NCBI GenBank assembly: GCA_040437565.1 | Contig: JBDOQK010000005.1 | Coordinates: 124,001-188,000, forward strand | Reading direction: 5' to 3' | Length of the DNA stretch: 64,000 nt | Source: Albugo candida | Lineage: Eukaryota | Shown here: piece by piece, positions 1 through 11,725 of the stretch | Layout: each line of letters opens with the position of its first letter | Position numbering within the stretch: position 1 is the stretch's first letter | Made by a program: the position numbers and the translations under genes | The notes under the pieces: model-generated | The model's input: only the letters and a program-made list of their open reading frames with translations | Told to the model about the DNA's origin: nothing | Database searches by the model: none

Positions 1-520
1 CTAACTTTGCCATTAAAGCGATTCGCATCTCTTGAGAAGCATGTTTAACGATATTTGTCACAACGAGGAAGTCCGACCAGCCACCTAATGCCTCACCCAC
101 TGCGTACAAGTACATTAGGTGGTCTATCCCTGACCTTCTCGCATCTTTGGGAGGATTAAACAAGTCCATTGCTTGAGCCGGCGTAATGGTGATTTGAAAA
201 CTTGTAACATCCTTTCTAAGGCAAATTGTAGTGTCGGTACTTGGCTCCACCAGGCTTCAATCTGTTTGTTGACATATCTATCGGCTATACCTTCAAGGTG
301 ATCTCCAAATAGATCAGCCTTGACATCTTTAGGCCACGAAAACCCACACGTATATTGAGCCAAAACGATTTGTCTCTCAAATCTTCTCCCTCATTCTAAA
401 AAAAAAGATCCCAGACTTTGTTACAATTCCTTTCCGACGAATGGTTTAATCTCATCTCTTTTTGTCGCGCATCAGTACATCTGAACGCAGCTACACCACC
501 GTTTCCTCGGTTCCCTCGGA
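1..520 (-). mobile_element. Decayed Ty1/copia-type LTR retrotransposon gag fragment (stops/frameshifts; runs off window edge)
   Basis: The minus-strand translation across stops reads IKPFVGKEL*QSLGSFFLE*GRRFERQIVLAQYTCGFSWPKDVKADLFGDHLEGIADRYVNKQIEAWWSQVPTLQFALERMLQVFK...HLMYLYAVGEALGG. This resembles oomycete copia gag proteins as I recall them. A degenerate copia PBS-like 14-mer (TGTTATGAGTCCAA vs GGTTATGGGCCCAG) lies upstream at about 1058-1071 (-). Confidence 0.6.
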
Positions 521-1239
521 TTTCCGGCACCCTATTAACTCATTTACATTGCATCTTTATCGATCGTAGTCGCCTACACCATATTTAGGCGATCGTAGTC
601 GGGTACACAATATTCAGGCTGATGCTCGTTAATGAACTGTGGATGTACATATCGATGTACTCTTTTATCCGCGCTCCTTTTGGGAATGTCTGTTAGTGAA
701 TCCAGGTGCATCGGACCACGCCCTATTGCCGATTCAAACAATTTGGATTCCTTTCCGGGCTCTTGGATTGTTCTTCTGATATTCTCCTTGCCTCCCATCC
801 ATTACTACAGCCCTTCGGAGCCCAGTCTTCTATTCTTCTCGACGATCCATACGACCAACCTGCCCACGAATGAGCTGCAACAATTCGTCTTTGTCGTCTT
901 TATCACCCGTATTCTTCTCGTGAATCGTTTTCTTGTGTCGCCAACACCCACCGCCGTGCTTTTCTCTTTACTACCCTGGCTTTCTCGTGGCCAGGAGTAG
1001 TCACAGGTGAAGAAGCATTATTCTCGTCAATCTTATAGCCACAAACAAAGTCCGCCATTGGACTCATAACATGTCAAACCCTGGTGCTGTCACGACAGAC
1101 ACGACACAGGGGAAGCGAACTAGAACACGTTCTTTAGTTTCCAAAAGAAAAGTGACATATTAATTTATTATTATTCTTCAGCTAAATACGAAAATCCTCG
1201 CTACATACAACAATGTTATGTAGTCCACGCCTTTCCATA

Positions 1240-2170
1240 TGGCTTCGTCATCATTTCTTCAACATGCTCCACCTTCAACAACATGTACGTCCAATTGACT
1301 CGATCATGAGCTTTCTCAAAGTCGAGAAAAGTCGCATACGCATCTTACCCACGATGATACCAATTATTGGATGCTGGTGAGATGTCGAATGTGGTGATGC
1401 ATGGACCTTCCTCGCACAAATGCGTTTGATCTTGATGGATCAATTTCAGCAAAACGTTGCAATCGATGCGTGAATACTTTTTCAAGTACTTTCACATCGA
1501 CGCAAAGGAGTGCAATCGGTCGATAGCTGTCCGTTTCACCTTATTCAAAGTAAGATGCCTCTTTCCAGCTAATATTCGAAGACGATATTCAGACACTCGC
1601 CAAACATTTCCGGATCAAGCTGATAAAATGCAGCTGGTAGTCCATCTATACCTGAGGAAAAAAGTACTGCGCATGTGCTTGATCGCTTCCGCCATCTCGA
1701 TCGTAATTGAGCGAGTTGAGAGACGGTCCTTCTCTTCTGACGCAAGGAAACCTTGATTCGATTCCAATAGCTTTTTCATTTATTCCACTTGGATTAGCTG
1801 ATTCGTTCTTGGAGCTATAAAGCGAGCCCATGACGTCACATCAATGATTTGTGAATTCGTCAATCACCTCCCTCGGGTTTGATGTCGCTGTGCCACATTT
1901 GTTTTCACATGTCCGATCGGCACGCGACGACAAGAACTATACGGAGGGTTAAAAATAGCTTGGAGAAGTTCTCAATGTGTTTCACGGGATGAAGGAAGCT
2001 CTCGTCTTGGTTGTATTTGGCATTGTTTTCGACCAAAATTCTAAATTGTTCGAGACACGACTCAAAATAAATGACGTGACTGATTGGTCCTCTGAGTGCA
2101 TACCGACCTAGAGGCGATGGAAAGATCTCGCCAAGGCTCTGACGAGTGGCAAACTGCCTGACAAGTAACG
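1240..2170 (-). mobile_element. Decayed non-LTR (L1/Tx1-like LINE) ORF2 reverse transcriptase remnant
   Basis: RT motifs appear in the expected order on the minus strand, across frameshifts: GIDGLPAAFYQ, YRPIALLCVDVK, LIHQDQ..FVRGRSMHHHIR, AYATFLDFEKAHDRVNW. Confidence 0.85.
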
Positions 2171-2879
2171 CCACCTCTGGAAATATTTACAATTGGTGTA
2201 TTGGGATTGATAAGGCAGATCCCAGATCAGATGCAAGAGAAGACCTTGGAGTGGGAGGATAGACTTCAAGCTTCTTTGCTAAGCACAGCGGATTACATGG
2301 TCCCGCTGACCGCACGTGGCAAAAGTAGGTGAGGTAACTTATCAGCATCCACTCGCAAATAAAAACGCCAGCGCATGAATAATAGCCAGTATCAGAATGA
2401 GTTGTATGCAACAAGGAGCGGAAGAGTTGCAACACGGAATAGAGGAGCTTATGGTTGAATCTCAACGACAAAAGGAAGGAAATTTCTGACTTCAAGAGCA
2501 GCTGAATTTACGTGCTAACGATGGATCGATACATGAAACGGGCGAACGGTGCTCACACTTTTTCAAGGTTCCAACTTCTTCTGTAGGTAAGATAATTATC
2601 GAGGCTCGATGGATATGAATTTTACAAGGAGCTTGGTGCTGGCTTTGTTCAATGGGTAGCTGTTGCTGGTAGAGATCAATTCGGCTAAACGAGCATGTTG
2701 GTTTCGCTAGACGTAGAAGTGCAAGCTGCTGCGATATTGAGAATTTCTGCGTGGAAAGACTGCAAGATACTTCAATCAGCGCGTCTACAAATGGTTGAGG
2801 ATTACGCTGACCCTTGCAGTTGTATAGATAAGATGGAGAACTCGTATCGGTTTTCATTTATAAGCAACAGTGTTTAGTA

Positions 2880-3079
2880 AACGAATGGACAAGGGCTGTT
2901 CGCGGAACGACCATTATCTGTATCTGGTGTTCCTTCAGAAGGCAATGGAATGGGTCGAGAAATTGATTTTAGAAAATATTGTGAATTATTTCCAGCTCGA
3001 GTCTTGTGCCCTGATAATTAGTCAATACAACAAGGTTCACGCGGATCACCTGGATCACGCTGAAAAGATTGTTTTCTAA
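2880..3079 (+). mobile_element. Second copia-type gag fragment
   Basis: RNDHYLYLVFLQKAMEWVEKLILENIVNY...ALIISQYNKVHADHLDHAEKIV parallels the HLMYLYAV...VVTNIVKHAS segment of the fragment at 1-130. Confidence 0.5.
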
Positions 3080-3690
3080 AGGACTGGAAGATGAAATAGT
3101 TGGTGATGGAAAGACTTTTCGTGCATTTCTGAAATCAGTAACCGATACAAGCCTCATAATTTCCTCCTGTGGATCATTTCGTTTGACCAGTTTCACAAAC
3201 TCTATTGAAGATTGTTGAGAGAAAAAAGAGGTCTATCATCTATCTAATTCTCGCTTTCAGAATCTATGGTCTGACAGTGTGTCGGTTTCCCCTTGAAGTA
3301 TGTATCTAGATTTCTTGAACCAATAGCCGCTTTTTCCTGCGCTGCACGTTTGCGCCGCTTTGTTTTGTCGAATTTTCTCAGGGTATCGAGAAGGCCGTTT
3401 GCAAGCCGACTCAATTCTCACAATAATGGTGTACGTTTGCTCACCCTCAAAATCGTCGAATTAAACTTCTAAATCCGCCTCTATATCGATCCTATGGTAG
3501 ATACTTGACCTCGAAGTATTTCTCGCTTCCTTCGCCTCTATCGGGGGCTTGAATTTACGTCAAGTATATACGTTGTATGTTTGATGATCCTTCAATTTTG
3601 GCCGCAAAAAATAATACTTACAGGTTATAGATGACTTGCACTATAGTGAAAACATCGGTAGCAATAGTGGCGCCCTTTTGCATCTTACAA

Positions 3691-3905
3691 TTTTTTCGGC
3701 GTTGGTATATGAAAATCGTTGTGTCTCTACGACGCAACATATGGAAACATTGTGACGATGAATCGTCTATTTAATGACGAATGTTTAGCTCAGTTGAAGG
3801 TATCTATATTACTAGATTTAGACGTAAATGACTTCTATTTCTTACAAATGTAAAATTATTCATTTTGTTCGAGTATAATATAAGCTGGCATGATGTGATT
3901 AAATC
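3691..3905 (+). repeat. Diverged partial copy of the ~840-bp TIR element (corresponds to ~10350-10590)
   Basis: Shared blocks TTTTTTCGGCG.TGGTA, ACGACGCA, ATCGTCTATT, TGTTTAGCTCAGTTGAAGGTATCTATATTACTAGA and GGCATGA occur in the same order. Confidence 0.8.
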
Positions 3906-4011
3906 TAGGGAACATGGCGATTCTACACCACTTTTTTTTAATTGATTTTTATACCAAAATGGTTAGATAAAGTGTAAAAAATATGAAAATTATACCAAGA
4001 CGAATATTTCA

Positions 4012-5999
4012 CGGGCGAAATTGTTAAAATAGGAAAAATATTTTTATATAGAAATATGAAAAATATACTGGATTATCAGAGTAGGTCTTGCAGGTACGCT
4101 TTTTTTGGCCGTAGTTACCGCATGTAGGGCACCTGTTATTGCCCTTCTTCTTTAAAGCTTCTGTGGCAGCCTGAGACTCGATTCGCATCGACTTCTCTCG
4201 CCAGCCTCGCTTCTTGGCACCATGAGTGGGTGGTACTTTTCTGAATGCGTAATCTTATCCTTCGTCACGCATGGACTTATCTTCACCAAGAGGTTGTCAG
4301 TACGCTGGTACATCTCTTTGGTCCATGACGCATCGCAGAAAGTCCTGAGTAGCGAGAGCTTGCTGACGGATTGAAGGGATGCATATAGATGAGAACATGG
4401 CTCTTTTATGTCGCCAAAGTAGCCAGAAGAACACGAATTTTCTGGATTATCTAGATCGACAGAACACTCGATAGGAAGCTATCCATCCTTTCTGACCTTG
4501 TGAACGAAGGATGACATGCAACTCGGGATGATTTCGATCTTGTCAACGACAGATACGAAGCGCTTGCGCTTAAATTCCTTGGTTGCGTAAGCTGTGAGTT
4601 TCCTCCACGAAGCCGGCTTGGCGACGAATTCAACCCACTTGATCCCTCTCTACTTTTGCACCGTCATGAGACAGCCCGGGGTGGCTTCTCTCTACCTTCA
4701 AGAAGGACGCTATTCACAGATTCCATGTTGTTGCTAGTCGTTGTTTCAAAGGGCGGACGTATGCTAAACTCTGCTGCCCATTTGAACTTGTTTGTATCGA
4801 GTAGCCATTAAAGCGCCTTTGCGTTGTTTTTCTTCAACTCACTTTCTCACCGTTCGAACAACGCAACCGATAAGGACTTGGACAGCTTCCACGCCTGGCC
4901 CTTCGGTGTCGTATTGCGAAACTCGGCGTTGAAGCTCTCGAGCATGTGACGAGCACAAAAAAAAGTGCGGGATGCCACCTGCTTCAACTTGCATAGCCGA
5001 AATGAGACCCTTGTCACGATCGGAGATGACAAGTACTGGCGCTTTTATAGAGGGTAGAAGAAAGTCCAGGAACCATGACCAATTGTCTTTTGTCTCGCCT
5101 ACGCACACCCAACCGACCACTACAATTTGAATTACATTGTTGCTACTCTTGAGGCAAGCGACAAGAAGGACTCCGCTATATTTGTGCTTCATAAATGTGC
5201 CATCCAGATTGATACCGCGATCTGTAAATTCGCTAAGAAAATGAATGCCGGGCTTGTACACGATGACGACACGACAAATTTTCTCCTCACACAGCTTGAT
5301 GTCTGCCTTGTGTCCGGGCTTGTTCATTTCATGTACGTTTGACAAGAATAACTGATACTGTGTGCGAGCTTCATCGAAGAGTTGCGCGTTGAGTCGGATG
5401 CACGCGTCGACACAAGTCTGATACGTCAATCGACGCCATCAGCCATCAGCTTCATCTGTAGCTCATCTATACTGGCGTCATGACCCTTGAGAACGACGAA
5501 ATGGAGGGCTTTATCAAGCGAAGAGACAGTTGAAGAACTGTTTTCTACGACTCGCTTCGTATGAATCCAAGTCAACCCTCGCATCGTCGCATGTGTGCGG
5601 CACTACCGTATGAGGCTGCTCAAATCCGCTACCATACGCAAAAGAGACTGTGAAGCTGCAATCTGGATTGACACATAGCACCTTGTAGCGTCTGTTGTCG
5701 CTCAATATGAAACGAAACGCCCGTTCAACTTTTCCGTGGTATTCAATTACCGCACTTGATAAGGCGCAGTCACATGGAAGAAATATGCACGCCGTCTGCC
5801 CAGTCCCCACGAACGCCGTCACTTGACTCTTGTGTCTCACCGACGTAGCCGTCGTTGCCCGCAGTCGTCGCAGTCATCATATGCGAATAGTCTAACGATG
5901 AGGCACTCAGGAATGTGTAAACTTTGGTTTACATATTTTATATTTTTACATGAATTTCAGACTTTTTAGTATATTTTCATATTTTTACAATTTCGCCCG
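4012..5999 (-). mobile_element. Mutator-like (MULE) DNA transposon with near full-length but pseudogenised transposase
   Basis: Terminal inverted repeats are CGGGCGAAATTGT.AAAAT (4012) and ATTTTTACAATTTCGCCCG (ending 5999). Internal minus-strand motifs: N-terminal C..C..H.C DNA-binding domain (5514-5840), LDGTFMKHKYSGVLLVAC, ETKDNWSWFL, VISDRDKGL, CARHMLESF, TSNNMESVNS, SWIM-like C..GYF...PCSH, and C-terminal CPTCGNYG..KRTC. Stops and frameshifts are present. Confidence 0.9.
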
Positions 6000-6058
6000 G
6001 GGTATTGATATTTCCACAACTTTTTTTTACTACATTTTTAGTTTTTCAATTTAAATTA

Positions 6059-8429
6059 GGGAATTGATATCCCGATAACTTTTTTTTAGTTACATTTTTA
6101 TTTCTCATTTTTAATTACATCATGCCTACTTAAATTATTACTCCCACAACTTTTTTGTAACAATAAATAATGGTTTCGATATCCCGACAGCTTTTTTTTA
6201 GATTACATTTATTTTTAATTTTAGATTACGTCATGCCTACTCAGATTATTACTCCCACAACTATTTTGAAATATAAATAAGTTTACACTTCTAACTAAAA
6301 GAAGTCATTTACGTCTAAGCAAATTCTACTAATAGAGATACCTTCAACTGAGCCAAACACTCATGATGAATAGACAATTCATTGCCAGTTTTTTTGTTGT
6401 TCGCCTATAATGCGTCGTAAAGATACAACAATTATTATGTACCAACGCCGAAAAAAAAATGTATTAGGAAACTCACCCTCGCCTTTTCCTAAAATCACCC
6501 CCATCCACATTTTTAGCCAATCAGATTTCATCATTTTGACTAATCTTTGACTGATTTGATTAAAAGTGGAACTTGATGCAGGACGCAACCTGCAGCTCCT
6601 GGCATTATGTTCTGTTGCTTGACAAATACTGCATCTGGGAAGGCGACGGGTTTGTAGATCAGAAATCTGAGCTTGATTTTCTGTCTGGACATATTCAAAA
6701 GCTGATGATCTCTTTGTGTTGAATGATTGCGTGAACCTGATGACCTGCCTCTTCCCCTGATTGTCGGAGGATCTTGGATTAAATTGTAAATGTATTATTG
6801 CCGATGAGGTAGCTCTAAAGTTAGCAAGTCAAAAATCTCCCGTCTTTCTTGATTAATGTAGGTTGATGGGGGTTTCCTGATTGAGCCACTGTTGTGAGTC
6901 AAAGTCTTTCTTTGCAAGTGGTGTGTTGTGTTTAATTAGCTGATTAAATTTATGTTCCCATTGTATGCTCAGGGTCTGCTGATGTACACCGGTATAAGTG
7001 GTTCTTGGTAATTCTCTATTCTTGTTGCGGGTCAATTGATACTGGTTTCGGGCTATATTTAATGCATGCTTTGATAACTCTCGTTGAACTCCATGCCACA
7101 TTGGATTTCCAGATGTTATTGTTTCCAGGCAGATGGATTGAGTTGCATTGGTATCCTGAATTTTCTTGAATTGAGACAGCCTGATCCTATTGTAAATAGA
7201 CAGCAAATCCCCTGAATTGTTACCGATGTAGTTTTTTTAATGTTGCATGCATCGCTTCCAACAAGTGCTTATTGGAAACCGCACAAAAGGTCNNNNNNNN
7301 NNNNNNNNNNNNNNNNNNNNNNNNNNNNNNNNNNNNNNNNNNNNNNNNNNNNNNNNNNNNNNNNNNNNNNNNNNNNNNNNNNNNNNNNNNNNTTTATGTT
7401 CCCATTGTATGCTCAGGGTCTGCTGATGTACACCGGTATAAGTGGTTCTTGGTAATTCGCTATTCTTGTTGCGGGTCAATTGATACTGGTTTCGGGCTAT
7501 ATTTAATGCATGCTTTGATAACTCTCGTTGAACTCCATGCCACATTGGATTTCCAGATGTTATTGTTTCCAGGCAGATGGATTGAGTTGCATTGGTATCC
7601 TGAATTTTCTTGAATTGAGACAGCCTGATCCTATTGTAAATAGACAGCAAATCCCCTGAATTGTTACCGATGTAGTTTTTTTAATGTTGCATGCATCGCT
7701 TCCAACAAGTGCTTATTGGAAACCGCACAAAAGGTCGCACACAGAGACTTATTGTTTGAATGGTATATTGGGAACTCCTTAGCAACTATCTTATGTCTCT
7801 CTAAGATCTTTCACTGCCTACGACTCTTCACGAGATGTTGATATTCCACCAGTGGAGATCTCCAACTTACTGTCACTGTATGCAGTAGATTCGGTTGGCT
7901 AAAATATCAAATATGATTGGATAGAAATGTGATTGGCTAAAAAAATGGATGGGGTGAGTTTAGCAAAAAGCGAGGGTGAGTTAGGAATTCCCTTAAAAAA
8001 ATTATCTAGTTACTAGAGCTTGTCCTAGATCTGAGCTAGCCAAAGTTGCGTTCCTCATAGTGGCGCGGTATTGCCAATTTGCATCTACCTAAGGTTATTT
8101 TACATCTGAATAGCTTGCCAATGATTACTTTCTACATGCAAAAGTGTTAGCTCTTTTCCATTTGATACTATAGAAAGTAAGAGTAGATTGTGTCGAATGG
8201 AAAATGTCACATGTATTAGCCGATCACAGTTGAAACACAATGTGTACTAGCCAATCATAAATAATTCTCGATTGAAGTTGTTGGAGCAACAATTTAGGGT
8301 GTGTATGGATGTTATTAATTAGAATGTAAAATAATTCATCTACTTTTTTGAAAAGAAAAAGCTGTGAGAGTAATAATTCAACTAGGCATGCTATAATTTA
8401 AAAAAGAGTTGTGCGGGATATCAATACCC
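6059..8429 (-). mobile_element. Non-autonomous TIR element (reverse copy of 9912-10748), interrupted by a nested MULE, with 8-bp target-site duplication
   Basis: Ends are GGGAATTGATATCCCG and CGGGATATCAATACCC. TTAAATTA flanks both sides (6051-6058, 8430-8437). 6059-6468 and 7993-8429 are reverse-complement matches to 10340-10748 and 9912-10340. Confidence 0.85.
6468..7992 (-). mobile_element. Nested MULE deletion derivative carrying transposase C-terminal remnant
   Basis: Inverted ends are ACTCACCCTCGCCTTTT..CCCCATCCA..TTTAGCCAATC and GATTGGCTAAAA..TGGATGGGG..AAAAAGCGAGGGTGAGT. Internal fragments are a SWIM-like TGVHQQTLSIQWEH, PTIRGRGR..STQRD..AFEYV, and the zinc knuckle CSICQATEHNARSC. The element contains the gap 7293-7392 and a gap-flanking duplication. 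Confidence 0.8.
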
Positions 8430-9100
8430 TTAAATTAAGGTAAACATCATGCCTACTTGAATTATTACTCCCACAACGTTTTTGAATAATTTTACATGGG
8501 TATTGATATCCCCACAACCTTTTTTTTGTACATTTTTATTTGGAAGCTGCTAAACCGGACACCCCCCCACCTCTCCTCGCATATATTTATATATTTGCAG
8601 AAACACCCCGCCCCATAATCAAATATGCGTCAATACCTTGTGATGTTTTGGTTTGTTTATGTGCTGAGTTCGGCGTTTCAGTTTTAGTAAAGGGAGATGC
8701 GTTGACAAGAATTCCGATCAACATATAATTTGAATCATAAAATGCTATGACTGCTGAATCTATGTTTGATTTACTGATTGGGTTGAAAGGGTGGGTAATA
8801 AATGGGAAAGATTATCATAAAAATAAGAGCGACGGATAAAATTCTGCATAACCTGTACACTCCTAATTCTCACCTGCTCATACCTATCTACTCAATTTCA
8901 TTTTAAGACTCCCAGCTCGGCCACATTTCCGTGCGGCCTTTTTGGAAAAGCGGGACATCGTCGGCGGAATCGCTATCAATAGTCTGAATAAAAAGCGGTA
9001 NNNNNNNNNNNNNNNNNNNNNNNNNNNNNNNNNNNNNNNNNNNNNNNNNNNNNNNNNNNNNNNNNNNNNNNNNNNNNNNNNNNNNNNNNNNNNNNNNNNN

Positions 9101-9905
9101 CGATCAAGCTCATGCCGAATGGAATTTTCCTCTAGTGTGTCCAGCAATGCTTCAAGAGGGCTACGACAAGGAGAAATTCCGCTCGTTCACGTTTTTAACA
9201 TTATAAATGTCTTTCCCGGTGGCAAGAGAAGCAGGATCAGACCGCTTCATCGTACTCAAAATTAACCGAGGCGGTGCTTCACCTTTTTTGAATTCCAGAA
9301 TTTGCTGCCTCTGCACCTGTTCAATACCCTGGCTTCTGGGAATGCTGCAAGATTCTCTGCTGCCTCATGACTGTGAGTTGCAACGACCATACTCACCATT
9401 CTTGCACAGAATTTTGATACAGTTGGCGCTAAATGGTGACTAACCATGGGCACATTAGAAGCCGCGTTGATGTTTGTCGGATCATCGTGCCCTTGTTTTT
9501 GTACCGACCACCATGGACGCAAGAAAGCCACACCTTCCTAGTATTTCTGTACTTGTCGGCCTTTGGGCGACCTTTCTTTGTGAATAGCCTACTTGCCACG
9601 CAAAAGTTTTTATTGCCTCTTCTGCAATCTCATAGTCTCATAGATGTTTTCCGGGGGTGGAGCAAATGGCATAGTGAGAACAGTGTACGTATAGCAATGT
9701 ATGCCGGTGTATAGCGAACTGGATAGATTAGGGTGTGTGGCAATACCGGATTCCTTAATTAGGGGGGTGGCGATACCGGTTCCCCAATTTCATTTCAATA
9801 TAGCGAGTGTGGTGATACCCGTTCCCATTTATTTAGGATATTTTTGGGGGTGTAACGATACCGGTGTTCTCAGTTAGTTTAAGGGTGTGGCTATACCGGA
9901 TACTC
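9101..9905 (-). mobile_element. MULE 5' remnant: FAR1-type DNA-binding domain plus subterminal repeat array
   Basis: The minus strand reads YEIAEEAIKTFAWQVGY...VWLSCVHGGRYKNKGTMIRQTSTRLLMCPW...HSHEAAENLAAFPEAR, a FAR1/WRKY-GCM1 C..C..H.H pattern. Five ~23-bp GGGTGTGGC.ATACCGG-like repeats lie at 9731-9905. Confidence 0.7.
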
Positions 9906-9911
9906 AAAAAA

Positions 9912-10748
9912 GGGTATTGATATCCCGACAACTTTTTTTTGAATTACAGCATCCCTAGTTGAAGTATTACTCTCACAACTTCTTTTTTTTTAAAACATGG
10001 ATGATGTTACATTTCTAACTAATTACATCCATACATATCCTAAATTGTTGCTCCAACAACTTTAATCGAGAATTATTTATGATTGGCTAATACACAGTGT
10101 ATTTCAACTGTGATCGGCTGATACATATGACATTTTCCACTCGACAAATTCTACTCTTGCTTTCTATAGTAGCAAATGGAAAAGAGATAACACCTTTGCA
10201 TGTAAAAAGTAATCAGTGGCAAGCTGTTCAGATGCAAAACAACCTCAGGTGGATGCAAATTGGCAATACCGCGCCACCTGTGAGGAAGGCAACTTTGGCT
10301 AGCTCAGATCCAGGACAAGCTCTAGTAGGTAAATAATTTTCCTAATACATTTTTTTTCGGCGCTGGTACATAATAATTGCTGTGTCTTTACGACGCATTA
10401 TAGCTCAACAAGAAAAAACTGGCAGTGGATCGTCTATTAATGGGAGTGTTTAGCTCAGTTGAAGGTATCTATATTACTAGAATTAGCCTTAGACGCAAAA
10501 TGGCTTCTACTAGTTAGGAATGTAAACTCATTTATTTTTCAAACAAGTTCTGGGAGTAATAATTGAAGTCGGCATGACGTAATCTAAATTCAAAATAATT
10601 GGAATCAAAAAAACAAGTTGTCGGGATATCGAAACCATTATTCACTGTTACAAAAAAGCTGTCGGAGGAATAATTGGAGTAGGCATGATGTAATTTAAAT
10701 GAGAAATAAAAATGTAATTTAAAAATAGTTGTCGGGATATCAATACCC
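9912..10748 (+). mobile_element. Uninterrupted ~840-bp non-autonomous TIR element (MITE/MULE-like)
   Basis: Termini GGGTATTGATATCCCGACAAC and GTTGTCGGGATATCAATACCC are perfect inverted repeats. There is no transposase ORF, and other copies or fragments occur in the window. Confidence 0.88.
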
Positions 10749-10755
10749 TTAAAAA

Positions 10756-11715
10756 GGGAATTGTTATATTCCCTCCTTTTTTGGTTAAATTCACTCCCTT
10801 TTTAAGTAAGGTGGTACACATAACTATTTAAATGTGTATATGCTATGTATACTTTTTATTTATATATAGGTATATATAGGGACTTGTTATATTCACTCCT
10901 TTTCAAGTCACGTGACACACGCTATTATGCATTCAATTAGATATTCACTCCCGTTCAAGTCACGTGGCCCACATTATTATACATTCAATTTAAATACCAA
11001 GTTACAGCTCAAAACGATTCAATGCCAATCTTCTAATTTTCCAGCTTAATCACAAGTACTGGTACACATCCTTGTATGCATGATACTATAGCGAGTCACA
11101 GAGCCAATCGCCTTTGACCGAGCGCTTTGATATTGCTTCACTACTGCCTCATCTTTACAGACTGAAGTTTGTTTGAAAGCTACAAAAATCTCTTCCAAGG
11201 GAAAGGATTTTGTGATTCCCATTTACAAAATGTGTCGATCTAATCTACAATCTCTTAATCTCCCCGCTGAGACGCTCACACTCGTTCAGAAGCTTATAGG
11301 TGCAGCAAAGTCCCTCGGACAAATGTAAGTGATCTTGTGGGTAGTATAGCGGACAATTAATTCAGTTGCTAGAGCAAGAGTGATCACATTTTTTCTCCGA
11401 GTTCGAAATTCTTCAAAAGAAGAAGAATTTTACCCAATCGGTCCAATTTCCAGTGATCATTCCTGTCAGTGAGTTTCAACAAACCATCGGTATGCTCGCA
11501 TAAAATCTGGGTATGACACTCAAAAAGACGATGATGTTTGAATGCATGATAATGTGTGTCACGTGACTTAAGAAGAAGTGGTTCAATAGTATGCACAATA
11601 CACTTTTAGTTTCTTCTGGTCTGCTATATATAAATAAAAAGTATACATAGCATATACACATAGTATGATTATGTGTGCCACCTTACTTAAAAAGGGAGTA
11701 AATATAACAATTCCC
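10756..11715. mobile_element. TIR-bounded non-autonomous element (MULE-like)
   Basis: Ends are GGGAATTGTTATATT and AATATAACAATTCCC, with roughly 90-110 bp of inverted similarity (TTTTAAGTAAGGTGG.ACACATAA...TGTGTATATGCTATGTATACTTTTTATTTATATATAG). Confidence 0.85.
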
Positions 11716-11725
11716 TAGAAAAACA

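Noticed and set aside
1087-1235. Possible solo LTR starting TGTCACGAC
   Set aside because: No second copy, clear terminal inverted end or TSD is visible in the window.
3691-6460. Long TIRs (3691-3905 vs ~6230-6460) bounding the MULE transposase
   Set aside because: These are separate, oppositely oriented copies of the 840-bp element. The MULE has its own CGGGCGAAATTG termini at 4012 and 5999.
9731-9905. CRISPR-like repeat/spacer array
   Set aside because: The context is eukaryotic, the repeats are degenerate, the spacers are short, AT-rich and unequal, and there are no cas genes. The array sits at a MULE terminus.
10441-10480. tRNA or SINE suggested by TAGCTCAGTTG (A-box-like), also at ~3786 and ~6345 (-)
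   Set aside because: No B box (GTTCRA) or cloverleaf follows, and the motif is simply internal to the 840-bp TIR element.
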